A stretch of 64,000 nt of DNA from an uncultured Elusimicrobia bacterium (GCA_964510095.1 CAZEAE010000002.1:22639-86638); one strand, 5' to 3'. Counted from the first letter of the stretch, positions 9,191 through 19,313 are shown. Numbers and translations: made by a program. The notes: a model not told the origin generated them from the letters alone.

Positions 9191-10765
9191 TCATGAAGGA
9201 GGAACCAGCTTTATGAGCTTATCGGTCGCCATGTCGTATTGATACAGATCCTCATAGCTGTAGGATCGGCGGACCGTGCTCCCGAACCGCTCGATGACGC
9301 CGGCGCGCTCGCCGGTCATCCAGGGCGTTTGAAGATTGATGGTCATGCCTTTGCGTCCGGTTTTGAGCTTGAGGGCTGAATCGAACCCCCATGGTTCATC
9401 CAAGAAAAACATGTCCGCGCCGTAGAAGCTCGGCTGGTTCCAAAGGACCAGGAGCGTGGCCGAGCCCGGCAGCTCGGCGGTCCTGCGGCTTATCCTTTCG
9501 ACACCCTCCATCTGAGCCTTCCACGCATCCCCCCAGTGCCGCGCCATGGTCCAGTTCGTCGCGGTGAATACACCCACGGTCATGGCCAGCAAGGCCCCTT
9601 GGACCGAGCCGGAACCTTTGAGGCCCATCGGCGCGGAGATGCGCCGGGAGACCTCTAAGATCGCGGCGGCCAGCAGCAGCCCCGCGCTTAAGCCCGCGCC
9701 CCCATTGACGCGGCCCGCCAGGCCTAAAATCTTCACGCCGTAGCCCCCGAGGGCATAGGGGACATAGGCCGCCAAGAACCCCAACACGCCCATCCAAAGG
9801 ATCACCACAAGCGAGCCATGGGCTGCCGCCTCTCGATGTTTCAAGGCAGTCTTCCGCGTTGGAGCAACGGCGGGTTCCGCCGCCATCAAGAACCTGGCGA
9901 CGGCGATGGTGAACACCGCCCAAAGAATGAGCCCCGCTGGGGTCGACTCTTTGAGCGACCATGCCGATGCATCGGCGCAGACCCGCAGCATCCCCAAGGT
10001 CAGGCAATCCAACCCGTCTCCCATCACTTTCAACATGAGAGGGACAGAAAGCGCCAGGGTCTTTGGATTTTCATACCCCATGACCAGTTGCATCCCTTTC
10101 TTCGCCCAAAATAGGACGATGAGCAAGACGACGCCGAAGGGCGCCAGGCTCCCGAGGGCTTCGCGCGCTGAAGCGCGGAGCGTTCGGCCGGCGACCCGCG
10201 CGTTGGCCAGCACGGCCGCACCCGACATCAGCGGCAGCAGGACACCGGCTTCGTAGCACAATGCGCCTGCTAGATAGGCGGTCATGCTGGCGGCCAGGCC
10301 GGCGCGCTTGCCGGTCTCGAGCCATCCCCAATGAAGCACCATGCTCAGAAGGATCAAAGCCTGGGCCGCGGGCTGGGCAATATTGGTCACCCAGTGATGC
10401 GTGGCGGCATGGACGGGATAAATCAGGGCTAGGCAGGCGGCCAGCAATGCGAAGGCCTCGTTCTTTAGGACTTTTTTAAGGAAAATATAAAAAAGGACTC
10501 CGCCGGCCGCATCGAAAGCCGGCAAGGCAAGATGATAGAGAAGCGGTTTTTCTCCCGCCAGATGGTGGAGCAAGGCGAAAATGGGGATCGACGCGGGGCG
10601 GGCGCCATAATTCGAGCGTGCCACCGCAAGCACGGTGTTCCAAAGGCCCGGATGTTTCCCTAGATCCTCCAGCAAGACCCAATCATCATGATAAAAGCCG
10701 AGTCTTGATGAAAAGATCCCGAACGAGATGACCTCGAGGGCGATGATGACGACGATGGGGCGCAA
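9191..10765 (-). CDS. Polytopic membrane protein of unknown function (possible GT-C-like glycosyltransferase); TTG start
   Basis: 524 aa, very hydrophobic with at least 10 predicted TM helices. Lies between tgt and the protease. No confidently recognised motif. Confidence 0.4.
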   Translation of the reverse strand: MRPIVVIIALEVISFGIFSSRLGFYHDDWVLLEDLGKHPGLWNTVLAVARSNYGARPASIPIFALLHHLAGEKPLLYHLALPAFDAAGGVLFYIFLKKVLKNEAFALLAACLALIYPVHAATHHWVTNIAQPAAQALILLSMVLHWGWLETGKRAGLAASMTAYLAGALCYEAGVLLPLMSGAAVLANARVAGRTLRASAREALGSLAPFGVVLLIVLFWAKKGMQLVMGYENPKTLALSVPLMLKVMGDGLDCLTLGMLRVCADASAWSLKESTPAGLILWAVFTIAVARFLMAAEPAVAPTRKTALKHREAAAHGSLVVILWMGVLGFLAAYVPYALGGYGVKILGLAGRVNGGAGLSAGLLLAAAILEVSRRISAPMGLKGSGSVQGALLAMTVGVFTATNWTMARHWGDAWKAQMEGVERISRRTAELPGSATLLVLWNQPSFYGADMFFLDEPWGFDSALKLKTGRKGMTINLQTPWMTGERAGVIERFGSTVRRSYSYEDLYQYDMATDKLIKLVPPS

Positions 10766-10771
10766 ATGGGT

Positions 10772-11824
10772 CTATCGGACCGCGACGGTCTCGGCGCTCG
10801 CCGAGACAAGCAGGGCCCGGATCGTAGCCGCGGCATCGGCGCTCAGAGAACCGGAGGACAGGGCGGCCTTCAGGCCGTCTCGGATGCTGGCCGCAGGCAC
10901 GGTATAAGAAAGCTCGGTCCAGATCTCGGGGCTGTTGAGGCGCTGCATCTCGGTCAAATACGCGGAGCTCGACACCTTGGGCGATTTGGGGATGCGCCCC
11001 GTCCAGACGATGCCCACCACGTCGCCGGTGTTGCGGTCCACGAAGGCCGAGCCCGAATCCCCGTGGGACACCTCGCAGCCGCTGGCGAAGGACCACACCT
11101 TGTCCGGGCCCGGGTTGAAGTCGTCGGGGTCGGCCATCTTGCGGAACTCGTTGCGCTTGGAGAAAACGCGGCAGTCGGAATCCTGGTTGGCCATCATGAC
11201 CCCTCGAGGGTTGTTGGCGACGCCAAAACCGATGGTCAGCAGCTCTTGCCCCGGATAGATCTCGGCGTCGTAGGCGAAATTCCGGCCGAGCCCCGCCAGG
11301 ACGGCCGCGTCCGCGGCGCCGACGCGTATGGCGAAGACCGCCAGGTCGATCTCCTTCCAATCGCCGTAGACCTTTTCGCACGGGAAGCTCTTGCCCAGCA
11401 GGACGAAATCGGCGCGGACGCCGCAGCCCATCGCCCGCATCACATGGTGGTTGGTGGCCATCATATGGTGGCCGTTGAAGATCCCCAGGTAAAAAGCCGT
11501 GCCGCCGCCGTAATTGGCGGTGGCTTTGGCCGCGCGCTGGAAAACCGCGCTCTCGCGGCCCAAAGAGCCCGCCGTCACCGGCTTCTTGCCCCATTCATCG
11601 CCCAGCTGATAGTCCTTGTTGAGGAAGCCCGCGGCCGTGCCCATGTTCGAGATGCTGGTGTGCCTCAGGTGGACCGTCGGCGCGGGAACGGGAACGGCTG
11701 TGAGCGCGACCGGGGCGGGCTGGACGCGCGCCTGCTGGAGGAATGCTTCTAGGGAAGGCAGGGGTTCCGCCGAGACCAGCAGAGGAGCGCCGCACAGTGT
11801 CAGGACCGCCAGGAATTTGTTCAT
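10772..11824 (-). CDS. Secreted trypsin-like serine protease (S1 family)
   Basis: Signal peptide. Catalytic triad context: H in GHHMMATNHHV, D in KEIDLAVF, S in GDSGSAF. Confidence 0.75.
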   Translation of the reverse strand: MNKFLAVLTLCGAPLLVSAEPLPSLEAFLQQARVQPAPVALTAVPVPAPTVHLRHTSISNMGTAAGFLNKDYQLGDEWGKKPVTAGSLGRESAVFQRAAKATANYGGGTAFYLGIFNGHHMMATNHHVMRAMGCGVRADFVLLGKSFPCEKVYGDWKEIDLAVFAIRVGAADAAVLAGLGRNFAYDAEIYPGQELLTIGFGVANNPRGVMMANQDSDCRVFSKRNEFRKMADPDDFNPGPDKVWSFASGCEVSHGDSGSAFVDRNTGDVVGIVWTGRIPKSPKVSSSAYLTEMQRLNSPEIWTELSYTVPAASIRDGLKAALSSGSLSADAAATIRALLVSASAETVAVR

Positions 11825-11881
11825 GCTCTCAGGATAGCGGCATTCAGGGACGGCTCCCAGGGTCGAAAGGTGGAACGCGGC

Positions 11882-11899
11882 CTAGGTCTAAAGACCTAG
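11882..11899. promoter_or_regulatory. Perfect palindrome CTAGGTCT-AA-AGACCTAG in the divergent promoter region between the protease and vapB
   Basis: 8-bp inverted arms, followed by an AT-rich stretch (aataataatgtgatgattatag) 90 bp upstream of vapB. Candidate operator for antitoxin autoregulation. Confidence 0.25.
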
Positions 11900-11991
11900 A
11901 ATAATAATGTGATGATTATAGATCCGCAACTTGGTCCCTGGGACCTCCTGGGTCTTGTGGTGCAGGCGTTTTTTGAATACACTGTAGGCAT

Positions 11992-12246
11992 ATGAAGAAG
12001 GCATATAGGCAGTACACTATCAGGAGCGTGCCCGCGGCCCTCGACGCTGTGCTGCGCGAGAAGGCAAGGCGCCAGCGCAAGAGCCTCAATCAGGTGGCCT
12101 TGGAGGCTCTCTCCGGAGGAGCCGGAGTCCTGGCTGAGACCCGTTATAGCGATCTCGACGGCTTCTTCGGCTCCTGGATCTCGGACAAGGCGGTGGATCA
12201 GGCGCTCGAGGACCAGCGGCGGATCGACGAAGGGATCTGGTCTTGA
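11992..12246 (+). CDS. vapB: Type II antitoxin, VapB/ribbon-helix-helix-like
   Basis: 84 aa. Basic N-terminal region (RSVPAALDAVLREKARRQRKSLNQVALEAL) typical of RHH/Arc-type antitoxins. 4-nt overlap with the PIN toxin gene. Confidence 0.7.
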   Translation: MKKAYRQYTIRSVPAALDAVLREKARRQRKSLNQVALEALSGGAGVLAETRYSDLDGFFGSWISDKAVDQALEDQRRIDEGIWS

Positions 12247-12626
12247 GGGTCGCGCTCGACACCAACGCCTACCGTGCCGCCGCCGAGGGGGACGCCAAGA
12301 CCGTAGAGGTGCTCCAACGCGCGGAAGAGGTGCGTCTTCCGTTCGTCGCCTTAGGCGAGTTGCGCGCCGGTTTCGCCGCCGGGACGCAGGGCCGCAAGAA
12401 CGAGGCCCGGCTCACGGAGTTCCTCAATACTCCGCGCGTCAGCATCCTCTATGCTGACGAGCAGACGACGCATCATTACGCGTCGCTCTTCGCGGAGTTG
12501 CGGCGTCAGGGGACGCCTATCCCGACCAACGATCTCTGGATCGCCGCGCTGGTGGTCCAGCATGACCTGCTTCTGCTCACCGGCGACGCTCACTTCTCGA
12601 AGATCTCTCGGATCGTCCGCCTATAG
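12243..12626 (+). CDS. vapC: PIN-domain toxin VapC (TTG start overlapping the vapB stop)
   Basis: 127 aa. PIN acidic residues (ALDTNAY..., ...LLTGDAHF). Confidence 0.8.
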   Translation: MRVALDTNAYRAAAEGDAKTVEVLQRAEEVRLPFVALGELRAGFAAGTQGRKNEARLTEFLNTPRVSILYADEQTTHHYASLFAELRRQGTPIPTNDLWIAALVVQHDLLLLTGDAHFSKISRIVRL

Positions 12627-13460
12627 GCTGAGCGCGCCCCAAGCGATCCTGAGATGGATCGAGGAGTTCTCCAGGGTCTCGTGCAGCAGCTGGAACTTGG
12701 ACGCCCGGCAGCCCGTCTTCCACTTCCCGTCCTCGAAGGCCAAGGTCGGCTCCTCCAGCCAGATCGCGCGCCCGGCGGGGAAACCTCGGGCGGCCAGGCG
12801 CCTCAGGCGGTCGGCGTTGGGCTCGAGCTCGGCGGGCAGGATGATGCCCCGTCGCCGGCTCCACTTGACCATGAAGGTCAGCCCGCGCAGCTCGTCGTAC
12901 TCGTAGAAGCGCGGGAAGAACGGGCTCAGCCAATCCTCGTTGAGCACCTTGCCCTTGGCGCTGCAGACCAGCTTGTGCTTGAGCAGGTAGTCCGCCCCCT
13001 TGTCGAGGAACGTCTCTTCTTCAGGGCTCAGGTCCTTGGCGCCGATCATCGCTTCCATCGGCGGCAGCGTGGAGACGATCGAGCTCTTGGCTGATCCTGA
13101 GTAGGCGCCATCGGCGCAATTGAGCCCGCCGTCAGGCAGCTGGTATTTGAGGAACCACGGCCGCACCCAAGGAAGCTCCTTGTCGACGTCCACGCCGTAG
13201 GCCTGCAGGACCTGGTACATCGTGCCCCAGCCGCAGTGGCACATGATCTCCCGGTAAGGGTCGGTCGTCTCCGGGGCGGGGTCCTCCGAGGGCAGGAAAA
13301 AGCGCCGGTAATGGCCTTGGATGTCGGCCACCATCTTCTTGACGGTGGGCTCAGGGATCTCTTTGACGCGGCCTAGCTCCCATAACAGGGTCATATGCCA
13401 CCACGGCGAGTCCCACTTCGGCCAATAAGGGTCGGTGTCTTTCACGAGTTGCGCTTTCAT
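12621..13460 (-). CDS. Hypothetical Trp-rich protein, translationally coupled to queA
   Basis: 279-aa ORF whose ATG overlaps the queA stop (ATGA). W-rich motifs (WPKWDSPWWHMTLLWELG) and CHCGWG. No family recognised. Confidence 0.6.
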   Translation of the reverse strand: MKAQLVKDTDPYWPKWDSPWWHMTLLWELGRVKEIPEPTVKKMVADIQGHYRRFFLPSEDPAPETTDPYREIMCHCGWGTMYQVLQAYGVDVDKELPWVRPWFLKYQLPDGGLNCADGAYSGSAKSSIVSTLPPMEAMIGAKDLSPEEETFLDKGADYLLKHKLVCSAKGKVLNEDWLSPFFPRFYEYDELRGLTFMVKWSRRRGIILPAELEPNADRLRRLAARGFPAGRAIWLEEPTLAFEDGKWKTGCRASKFQLLHETLENSSIHLRIAWGALSL

Positions 13461-14491
13461 AAAATCAGCATCGCGTCGCCGTAAGAATAGAGGCGGTAGC
13501 GCTCTTTGATCGCTTCAGCGTAGGCGGCCAGCAATTTCTCTCGGCCCAGAAATGCGCTGGCCAGCAGCAGCGGCGTCGAGCGCGGCAGATGAAAGTTGGT
13601 GATCAAAGACGAAGCGGCCAAAAACTCGAAGCCCGGCGTAATGTAGAGCTCCGTCCAGCCTTCCCCGGGGCCGAAGCCCTCCGGGCGGCGTGCCAGCGTC
13701 TCCAGCGTGCGGGTGCTCGTCGTGCCTACCGACACCACCCGCCTGCCGGCCTTTTTCGCGGCGGCGATGGCCTCAGCCGGACCCGCAGGTAGACTATACC
13801 ATTCCGGGAGCATGATATGAAGGGCTGCGTCATTGGCCTGGATAGGTCGGAATGTGCCGCGCCCCACGTGCAGAGTCGCTTCCGCGGTGATCACGCCCTT
13901 GGCGCGCAGCTCTGTCAGGAGCCTTTCGGTGAAGTGCAGGCCGGCCGTCGGCGCCGCGATCGATCCGGTGTCCTGGGCGTAGACCGTCTGGTAGCGTTGG
14001 GCGTCAGGCGTGGCGTCCGGCTGGGCCTTCTTTTTTTTGAGGATGTAGGGCGGCAGCGGCGGCAAGCCGTGTTTTTCCAAGTAGGCCCTGATGTCGGGCC
14101 GATCAAAAGTCAGCTCATATTCCCCATCGGCGTTGGTGGTCTCGACGGTCGCATGCAGCCCGCCTTCGAACTCCAGCTTCATGCCCGCCCGGAAGCCCGA
14201 GGCCAGCGCGCACCAGCGGCCCGGCTCAAGCTCCTTGACCAGCAGCAAGTCCGCCTTGCCGCCCGTGCTTTTCTTGCCGTGCAGCCGGCAGGAGAACACC
14301 TTCGTGCGGTTGAGGACGACGCAGTCGCCCGGGGCCAGATATTCCGGCAGGTCGCGGAAATTCCGGTGGGCCCAGGCGCCCGTGCCGCGGCGCACGACCA
14401 AGAGGCGCGAGGCGTCGCGCGGCTCGGCCGGCACCGAGGCGATCAGTTCCTCGGGATACTCGAAGTCGAAGTCGGATGCGGGCAGCTTCAC
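13457..14491 (-). CDS. queA: S-adenosylmethionine:tRNA ribosyltransferase-isomerase
   Basis: N-terminus (V/M)KLPASDFDFEYPEELIA matches QueA. GTG start at 14491 overlaps the stop of the upstream methyltransferase (GTGA). The 561-aa track ORF is an artefactual 5' extension. Confidence 0.9.
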   Translation of the reverse strand: MKLPASDFDFEYPEELIASVPAEPRDASRLLVVRRGTGAWAHRNFRDLPEYLAPGDCVVLNRTKVFSCRLHGKKSTGGKADLLLVKELEPGRWCALASGFRAGMKLEFEGGLHATVETTNADGEYELTFDRPDIRAYLEKHGLPPLPPYILKKKKAQPDATPDAQRYQTVYAQDTGSIAAPTAGLHFTERLLTELRAKGVITAEATLHVGRGTFRPIQANDAALHIMLPEWYSLPAGPAEAIAAAKKAGRRVVSVGTTSTRTLETLARRPEGFGPGEGWTELYITPGFEFLAASSLITNFHLPRSTPLLLASAFLGREKLLAAYAEAIKERYRLYSYGDAMLIL

Positions 14492-15228
14492 GGCCGCGGT
14501 CTCCACAGTATCGCCGCCGTGCGATAGGCAAAATCGATCGTCCCCTGCTTTTGGTGCCTTTCGAAGAGCTCTTCGAGCTCTCCTTCGAAGGAAGGCCGGT
14601 CGGCGACGCTCAAGGCGGCATAGGAGCTGGAGAACACCCGTCCGAAGAACCCCTCCAGGCCCAGCTTTTGAAGGTTGGGGAACTCCGCGAAGAAGGCGTC
14701 GTGCGCGCCGCGCTTGATGGCCGCGATCGTGTCGGGCCCGCTGCGCAGCCCCGCGTATTCCGCCGAATGGCGGCGTAAAAGCACCTCGTAGTCGCGCATG
14801 GCCGGCGTATCGGCCCGGAGGTTCCAAAAGGCGCAGCAGGAGCCCCCCGGCTTGAGGATGCGCGAGGCCTCGACCTGCGCCTTGGCTAGGTCGAGCCAGT
14901 GGAAGGATTGTCCCGCGCTGAGCAGGTCGAAGGCGCCCGAGGGCAATCCGGTGGCCTCGGCGGCGGCCAGCACGTAGGTCTCCGGCCCCGAAACCCGCGC
15001 TTGGGCCAGCATGTCCAGGTTGGGGTCGACGCCGGTCACCCGGTAGCCTCGCGCCGTCCAGAGCCGAGTCGAGATCCCCGTCCCGCAGCCTATGTCGACG
15101 ATCGCGGCACTCGGCTTGAGCCCTGCAGTCTTCTCGATCCAATCGAACAGCGCGGGAGGATAAGACGGCCGCCAGCGCGCATAGCCCTGCGCCAAGCCGT
15201 TGAACCGCTGGCGCGGATCCACGCTCAT
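14488..15228 (-). CDS. Class I SAM-dependent methyltransferase
   Basis: Motif I VDIGCGTGIST and motif post-I. ATG at 15228 overlaps the upstream stop (ATGA). 246 aa. Confidence 0.85.
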   Translation of the reverse strand: MSVDPRQRFNGLAQGYARWRPSYPPALFDWIEKTAGLKPSAAIVDIGCGTGISTRLWTARGYRVTGVDPNLDMLAQARVSGPETYVLAAAEATGLPSGAFDLLSAGQSFHWLDLAKAQVEASRILKPGGSCCAFWNLRADTPAMRDYEVLLRRHSAEYAGLRSGPDTIAAIKRGAHDAFFAEFPNLQKLGLEGFFGRVFSSSYAALSVADRPSFEGELEELFERHQKQGTIDFAYRTAAILWRPRP

Positions 15229-16352
15229 TCGTCCACCACCGAGAGGACCGCCCCGGGGAAATAGAACGAGAGTATCTGCTCGTAGCGCCGGCCCTTGTCG
15301 GCCTGCAGGCGCGCGCCCCACTGGCAAAGCCCGACGCCGTGGCCGTTGCCGCCGCCTTGGAATTCGTAGCCCCTCTTGCGTCGGACCACCTGCCGGATGC
15401 GCGAGCTCCTGAGCTCGGTGTTGCCCAGCTGCTTGCGCAAGTCCGTGGCGCGCAGGCTCATCGTCTCGCTGCCGATCTTGGCGGAGAACACCCGGATCAT
15501 CCCGGCGGCGTCGCGCTTGGCGGCCTTGAGCCACTTCAAGCCGCCGCCGATCATCCGGCGCGACTGCAGCGCCTCCAGGATGTCCGAGTCTTGGAAGAAG
15601 ACGTTCCAGCGGAAGTGGGGGGAGGCCGCGCAGTAGCGGTCCTTCACGCCTTTGAGCGGCCGCGGCGACTCGGCGCCCGAGGGCCATACGGCGCTCTGGT
15701 CCTGCGTGCGGCCGCCGCAGCAGGCATGGTAGTAGACGCTGAGCAGCTGCCCCTTGTAGCCCAACACCTCGCCGCGGGTCTCGTGCACGGCACGGCGCAC
15801 GTTCTCGTAGACCGGCCCAAGGCCGCCGTACATCTGGGAACGGGTGTCGGAGGTCAGATCGAAGCCGGAGCGCCGGTACTTGCCCATGTTGTAGTAGGCG
15901 AAGGTCCGGGCCACCACGGCCTGCGCCTTCAAAGACTCCAGCGGCCATTGCGGCTCCATCTCATACGGCAAGACCCCGAGGAGGTATTCCTCCATGGCCA
16001 GTTCGGCGATGACGGTCACCGTCTCGCCTGAGTTGGCGCGCAGCAGCAGGGTGCCGCGATAGCGCTTGGACCCGATCATCAGCGTCGCCTCAGCGTCTCC
16101 CGGGATCAGCCGGGTCTCCGATGCCAGCCGAAGGCTGCCCAGGCGCAGGTCGGAGCCTTCGGCGTCGAGCGGGTACTTTTGATGCGGCGTCAGCGCGTGC
16201 ACGGAGCGTCCATCTTGGGCCGAGAACTTGCCCTCCGGCACCAGGACGAGGCGCCGCGCCTGATGGGCGACGGCGATCGAGATGCTCTTCTCGGTGTAGG
16301 GAGCCGCCGCGGCCGGGCCGGCCAGGGCCAGGAGGAGCAAGCCGAGCGTCAC
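15225..16352 (-). CDS. SpoIID/LytB-domain protein
   Basis: Signal peptide. SpoIID signature [13 protein letters not shown] near the C-terminus. Confidence 0.85.
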   Translation of the reverse strand: MTLGLLLLALAGPAAAAPYTEKSISIAVAHQARRLVLVPEGKFSAQDGRSVHALTPHQKYPLDAEGSDLRLGSLRLASETRLIPGDAEATLMIGSKRYRGTLLLRANSGETVTVIAELAMEEYLLGVLPYEMEPQWPLESLKAQAVVARTFAYYNMGKYRRSGFDLTSDTRSQMYGGLGPVYENVRRAVHETRGEVLGYKGQLLSVYYHACCGGRTQDQSAVWPSGAESPRPLKGVKDRYCAASPHFRWNVFFQDSDILEALQSRRMIGGGLKWLKAAKRDAAGMIRVFSAKIGSETMSLRATDLRKQLGNTELRSSRIRQVVRRKRGYEFQGGGNGHGVGLCQWGARLQADKGRRYEQILSFYFPGAVLSVVDE

Positions 16353-17374
16353 AACAGCTCGAGGTTCTTGCGGGGCGCCGTCAGCCCCAGGTGCGTGTAG
16401 GCCTTGGGAGTGGCCACCCGGCCGCGGGGGGTGCGCGCGATGAAGCCGGACTGGATCAAGAACGGCTCGGTGACGTCGGTGAGCGTGTCGAGCTCCTCCG
16501 AGACGGCGATGGCCAGGTTCTCGACTCCGACGGGGCCGCCGTCGAATTTCTCGATGATGGCCAGCAGGAGCCGCTTGTCCATCGCGTCCAAGCCCTCGTG
16601 GTCGACCTCGAGCGATTCCAGCGCGTAGCGGGCGATCTTGCCGCCGATGACGCCGTCGCCTTTGACTTGGGCGAAGTCGCGGACCCGGCGCAGCAGCCGG
16701 TTGGCGATGCGCGGCGTGCCCCGGCAGCGGCGCGAGATCTCGCTGGCTCCTTCTTTGTCGGTCTCGATGCCCAAGATCGCCGCGGACCGGGCGACGATAG
16801 CCTCGAGCTCCTTGGGTTCATAGAAGCCAAGGTTGCCGATGATGCCGAAGCGGTCGCGCAGCGGCCCGGTCAGCAGGCCGGCCCGGGTCGTAGCACCGAT
16901 GAGCGTGAAGGGAGGGATGGAAAGCTTCAGCGTCGAGGCGGAGGGGCCCTTGCCGGTGGAGATATAGAAGGTGTAATCCTCCATCACGGGATAGAGGGCT
17001 TCCTCCACCAAGGGGCTCAGGCGATGGATCTCGTCGATGAAGAAGACGTCCCCCTCATTGAGGTCCGTGAGCAGCGCGGCCAGGTCGCCGACGCGCTCAA
17101 GGATGGGCCCCGAGGAGGTCCGCAGATTGACGCCGAGCTCCCGCGCGAGGATATTGGCCAAGGTGGTCTTGCCCAACCCCGGAGGGGAATAGAAGAGGCA
17201 GTGGTCGAGCGGCTCCTTACGCTTTCGCGCCGCCTCGATGAAGACTCCGAGGTTGTCCTTGAGCTTCTGCTGGCCGATGAATTCGGCCAAGCTCTTCGGG
17301 CGCAGGGCCCGGTCGAAGGCCTCTTCTTCCGCTTTGGGCGCCCTAGACAGCACGGAGTCGGGTTCCTTGGCCAT
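16349..17374 (-). CDS. ruvB: Holliday junction branch-migration ATPase RuvB
   Basis: Walker [12 protein letters not shown], sensor motifs, 341 aa. Confidence 0.95.
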   Translation of the reverse strand: MAKEPDSVLSRAPKAEEEAFDRALRPKSLAEFIGQQKLKDNLGVFIEAARKRKEPLDHCLFYSPPGLGKTTLANILARELGVNLRTSSGPILERVGDLAALLTDLNEGDVFFIDEIHRLSPLVEEALYPVMEDYTFYISTGKGPSASTLKLSIPPFTLIGATTRAGLLTGPLRDRFGIIGNLGFYEPKELEAIVARSAAILGIETDKEGASEISRRCRGTPRIANRLLRRVRDFAQVKGDGVIGGKIARYALESLEVDHEGLDAMDKRLLLAIIEKFDGGPVGVENLAIAVSEELDTLTDVTEPFLIQSGFIARTPRGRVATPKAYTHLGLTAPRKNLELL

Positions 17375-17997
17375 CAGAGCCTCTTGAGCGCCAGGCGCAC
17401 GATCTGCTCGGCGGGAAGGTCTTGGGCGCCCTTCTCCTCGGCCAAAGCCAAGAGGGCGGCGCGCGCTTCGGCGGGCTTGTACCCCAGCGAGGAAAGAGCG
17501 TTGAGGGCCTGGGACATGGCGCTGGTGCCCGCGGCTTCGGAGGCCGGGGTCTTCAGCCGCTCGGCGCCCGGCATCTGCACGCTCTCGAGCTTATCCTTAA
17601 GGGCATCGACCAGCCGCTCGGCGGTCTTCTTCGAGAAGCCGAAGACGCCGGTCAGCATCTTGGCGTCCTGATCGAGGATGGCGCGGCGGAAGTCCGGCAG
17701 GGACTTCGACGCCTTGTCGAGATACTCCAGAGCCTTCTTGGCTCCGGTGCCGGGCACCTCGTCTTTGATCGTGGAGAACAAGGACTTCTCGGCGGGCGTG
17801 GCGAAGCCGTAGAGCGTGGCCCCGCCGCCGTACATGCCGAAGGACTCGACGGTAAGCAGGAAAGCCTCATGGCCGGGGGCCGGCAGCGCGCGGGCCGTCG
17901 CTTGGGTCACGAGGACCTCGTAGCCGACGCCGGCGGCCTCCAGAACGACGCGCTCGCCGTCTTGCGAGAGCACGACGCCGCGCAGCGAGGCGATCAC
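17374..17997 (-). CDS. ruvA: Holliday junction DNA helicase subunit RuvA
   Basis: MIASLRGVV... N-terminal OB domain, HhH motifs, 207 aa. Overlaps the ruvB start and the ruvC stop. Confidence 0.9.
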   Translation of the reverse strand: MIASLRGVVLSQDGERVVLEAAGVGYEVLVTQATARALPAPGHEAFLLTVESFGMYGGGATLYGFATPAEKSLFSTIKDEVPGTGAKKALEYLDKASKSLPDFRRAILDQDAKMLTGVFGFSKKTAERLVDALKDKLESVQMPGAERLKTPASEAAGTSAMSQALNALSSLGYKPAEARAALLALAEEKGAQDLPAEQIVRLALKRL

Positions 17998-18506
17998 TTC
18001 GCGCCTCCGAAGCGCTCAAGGACTTTCATCCGGCTCATCCGGCTGGCGCGCAGGTGGCAAAGCGCGATGGCGGCGGCGTCGGCCACGTCGTCGGGCTTGA
18101 GCATGGCCTCGAGGTTAAGGGCCTTCTGGAGCACCTTCTGCATCTGCGCCTTGTCAGCGCTGCCGCTGCCGGTCAAGGCCGATTTGACGGTGCGCGGGTT
18201 GTACTCATGGATGGGGCAGGCCTTCTGGCCGGCGGCCAGGAGGATGACGCCGCGCGCCTGCAGCGTGGCGCGGATGGTGTTGGCGGTCTTCACGAAGAAC
18301 ATCTCCTCGATGGCCACATGGTCCGGCTGGTGCTCTTCGATCAGCGCGCTGATGGCGCGGTGGATGGTCACCAGGCGTTCGGCAAGAGGCGTGCCAGCGG
18401 AGGTGCGGATGAGCCCCGACGCGGCCAGGACGGGCGTGCCTTCGGAGGACTCGAGCACGGCCCAGCCGGTCTCCGATACGCCCGGGTCGATGCCGAGGAC
18501 GATCAT
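17994..18506 (-). CDS. ruvC: Crossover junction endodeoxyribonuclease RuvC
   Basis: MIVLGIDPGVSETGWAVLE N-terminus with catalytic Asp. 170 aa. Confidence 0.9.
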   Translation of the reverse strand: MIVLGIDPGVSETGWAVLESSEGTPVLAASGLIRTSAGTPLAERLVTIHRAISALIEEHQPDHVAIEEMFFVKTANTIRATLQARGVILLAAGQKACPIHEYNPRTVKSALTGSGSADKAQMQKVLQKALNLEAMLKPDDVADAAAIALCHLRASRMSRMKVLERFGGAK

Positions 18507-19286
18507 TTAGCCGAGCTTGGCGAGGACTTGGTCGGAGATGTCGAAGTTGGCATACACGTTCTTGACGTCGTCCAATTCCTCGAGCAGCTCGATGAGCTTG
18601 AGCAGCGTGCGCGCGTCCTCCTCGTTGACCGGGACCAGGTTGTCGGGGATCTGGGAGACCTCGGCGGACGTCCACTTGACGCCTTTGGCGGCCAGCCCTT
18701 CCTTGACCTTGTCCAAGTCGAAGGGGGGGGTAAAGACCTCGTAGGCGTCGTCGCCGGCCTTGAAATCCTCGGCGCCCAGGTCCAGGGCCAAGCCCATCAG
18801 GGTGTCCTCGTCGGGCGCGCCCTCTTTGCTCACGACGATCAGGCCGCGGGTCTTGAACATCCAAGCCACGCAGCCGGCCGCGCCCTTGGTGCCGCCGTTC
18901 TTGGCCAGGACGGTGTAGACATCGCCGCCGGTGCGGTTGCGGTTGTCGGTGGTCACCTCGATGAGCAGCGCGACCCCGCCGGGGCCGTAGCCCTCGTAGG
19001 CCAGCTCTTCGTAGGCCGCGCCTTCCAGTTCGCCGGTGCCTTTCATGATGGCGCGCTTGATGGTTTCGGCCGGCATCATCACGTCTTTGGCGTCGCCGAC
19101 GGCCTTGCGCAGGCGGGGGTTGCCGTTGACGTCGCCGCCGCCCAGCTTGGCCGCGATGGAGATCTCGCGGGAGCACTTGGTCCAGGCCTTGCCGCGCTTG
19201 GCGTCCGTCGCGCCCTTCTTGCGCTTGATATTAGCCCAATGCGAGTGACCGCCCATAGCGCCTCCTAGGTCGAAGAAATCAAGCAA
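18507..19286 (-). CDS. yebC: YebC/PmpR-family probable transcriptional regulator
   Basis: 259 aa. Conserved N-terminus GHSHWANIKRKKGATDAKRGK. Confidence 0.9.
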   Translation of the reverse strand: MLDFFDLGGAMGGHSHWANIKRKKGATDAKRGKAWTKCSREISIAAKLGGGDVNGNPRLRKAVGDAKDVMMPAETIKRAIMKGTGELEGAAYEELAYEGYGPGGVALLIEVTTDNRNRTGGDVYTVLAKNGGTKGAAGCVAWMFKTRGLIVVSKEGAPDEDTLMGLALDLGAEDFKAGDDAYEVFTPPFDLDKVKEGLAAKGVKWTSAEVSQIPDNLVPVNEEDARTLLKLIELLEELDDVKNVYANFDISDQVLAKLG

Positions 19287-19313
19287 AGTATATCAGAAAA
19301 AGCAGTGGGCGGG

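Noticed and set aside
10686-11752. 302-aa (minus) and 328-aa (plus) ORFs overlapping the trypsin-like protease gene
   Set aside because: Alternate-frame or antisense to a gene with a clear catalytic triad. Arg/Gly-rich.
13457-15142. 561-aa ORF in the track
   Set aside because: Composite: only the C-terminal 344 aa (from GTG 14491) are QueA. The N-terminal part overlaps the methyltransferase gene in another frame and has no similarity to anything.
16121-17671. 516-aa plus-strand ORF overlapping ruvB/ruvA
   Set aside because: Antisense to two strongly supported genes. Composition-driven.
18054-19268. 404-aa plus-strand and 323-aa minus-strand alternate-frame ORFs over ruvC/yebC
   Set aside because: Overlap conserved YebC and RuvC coding frames. 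Arg/Gly-rich translations.
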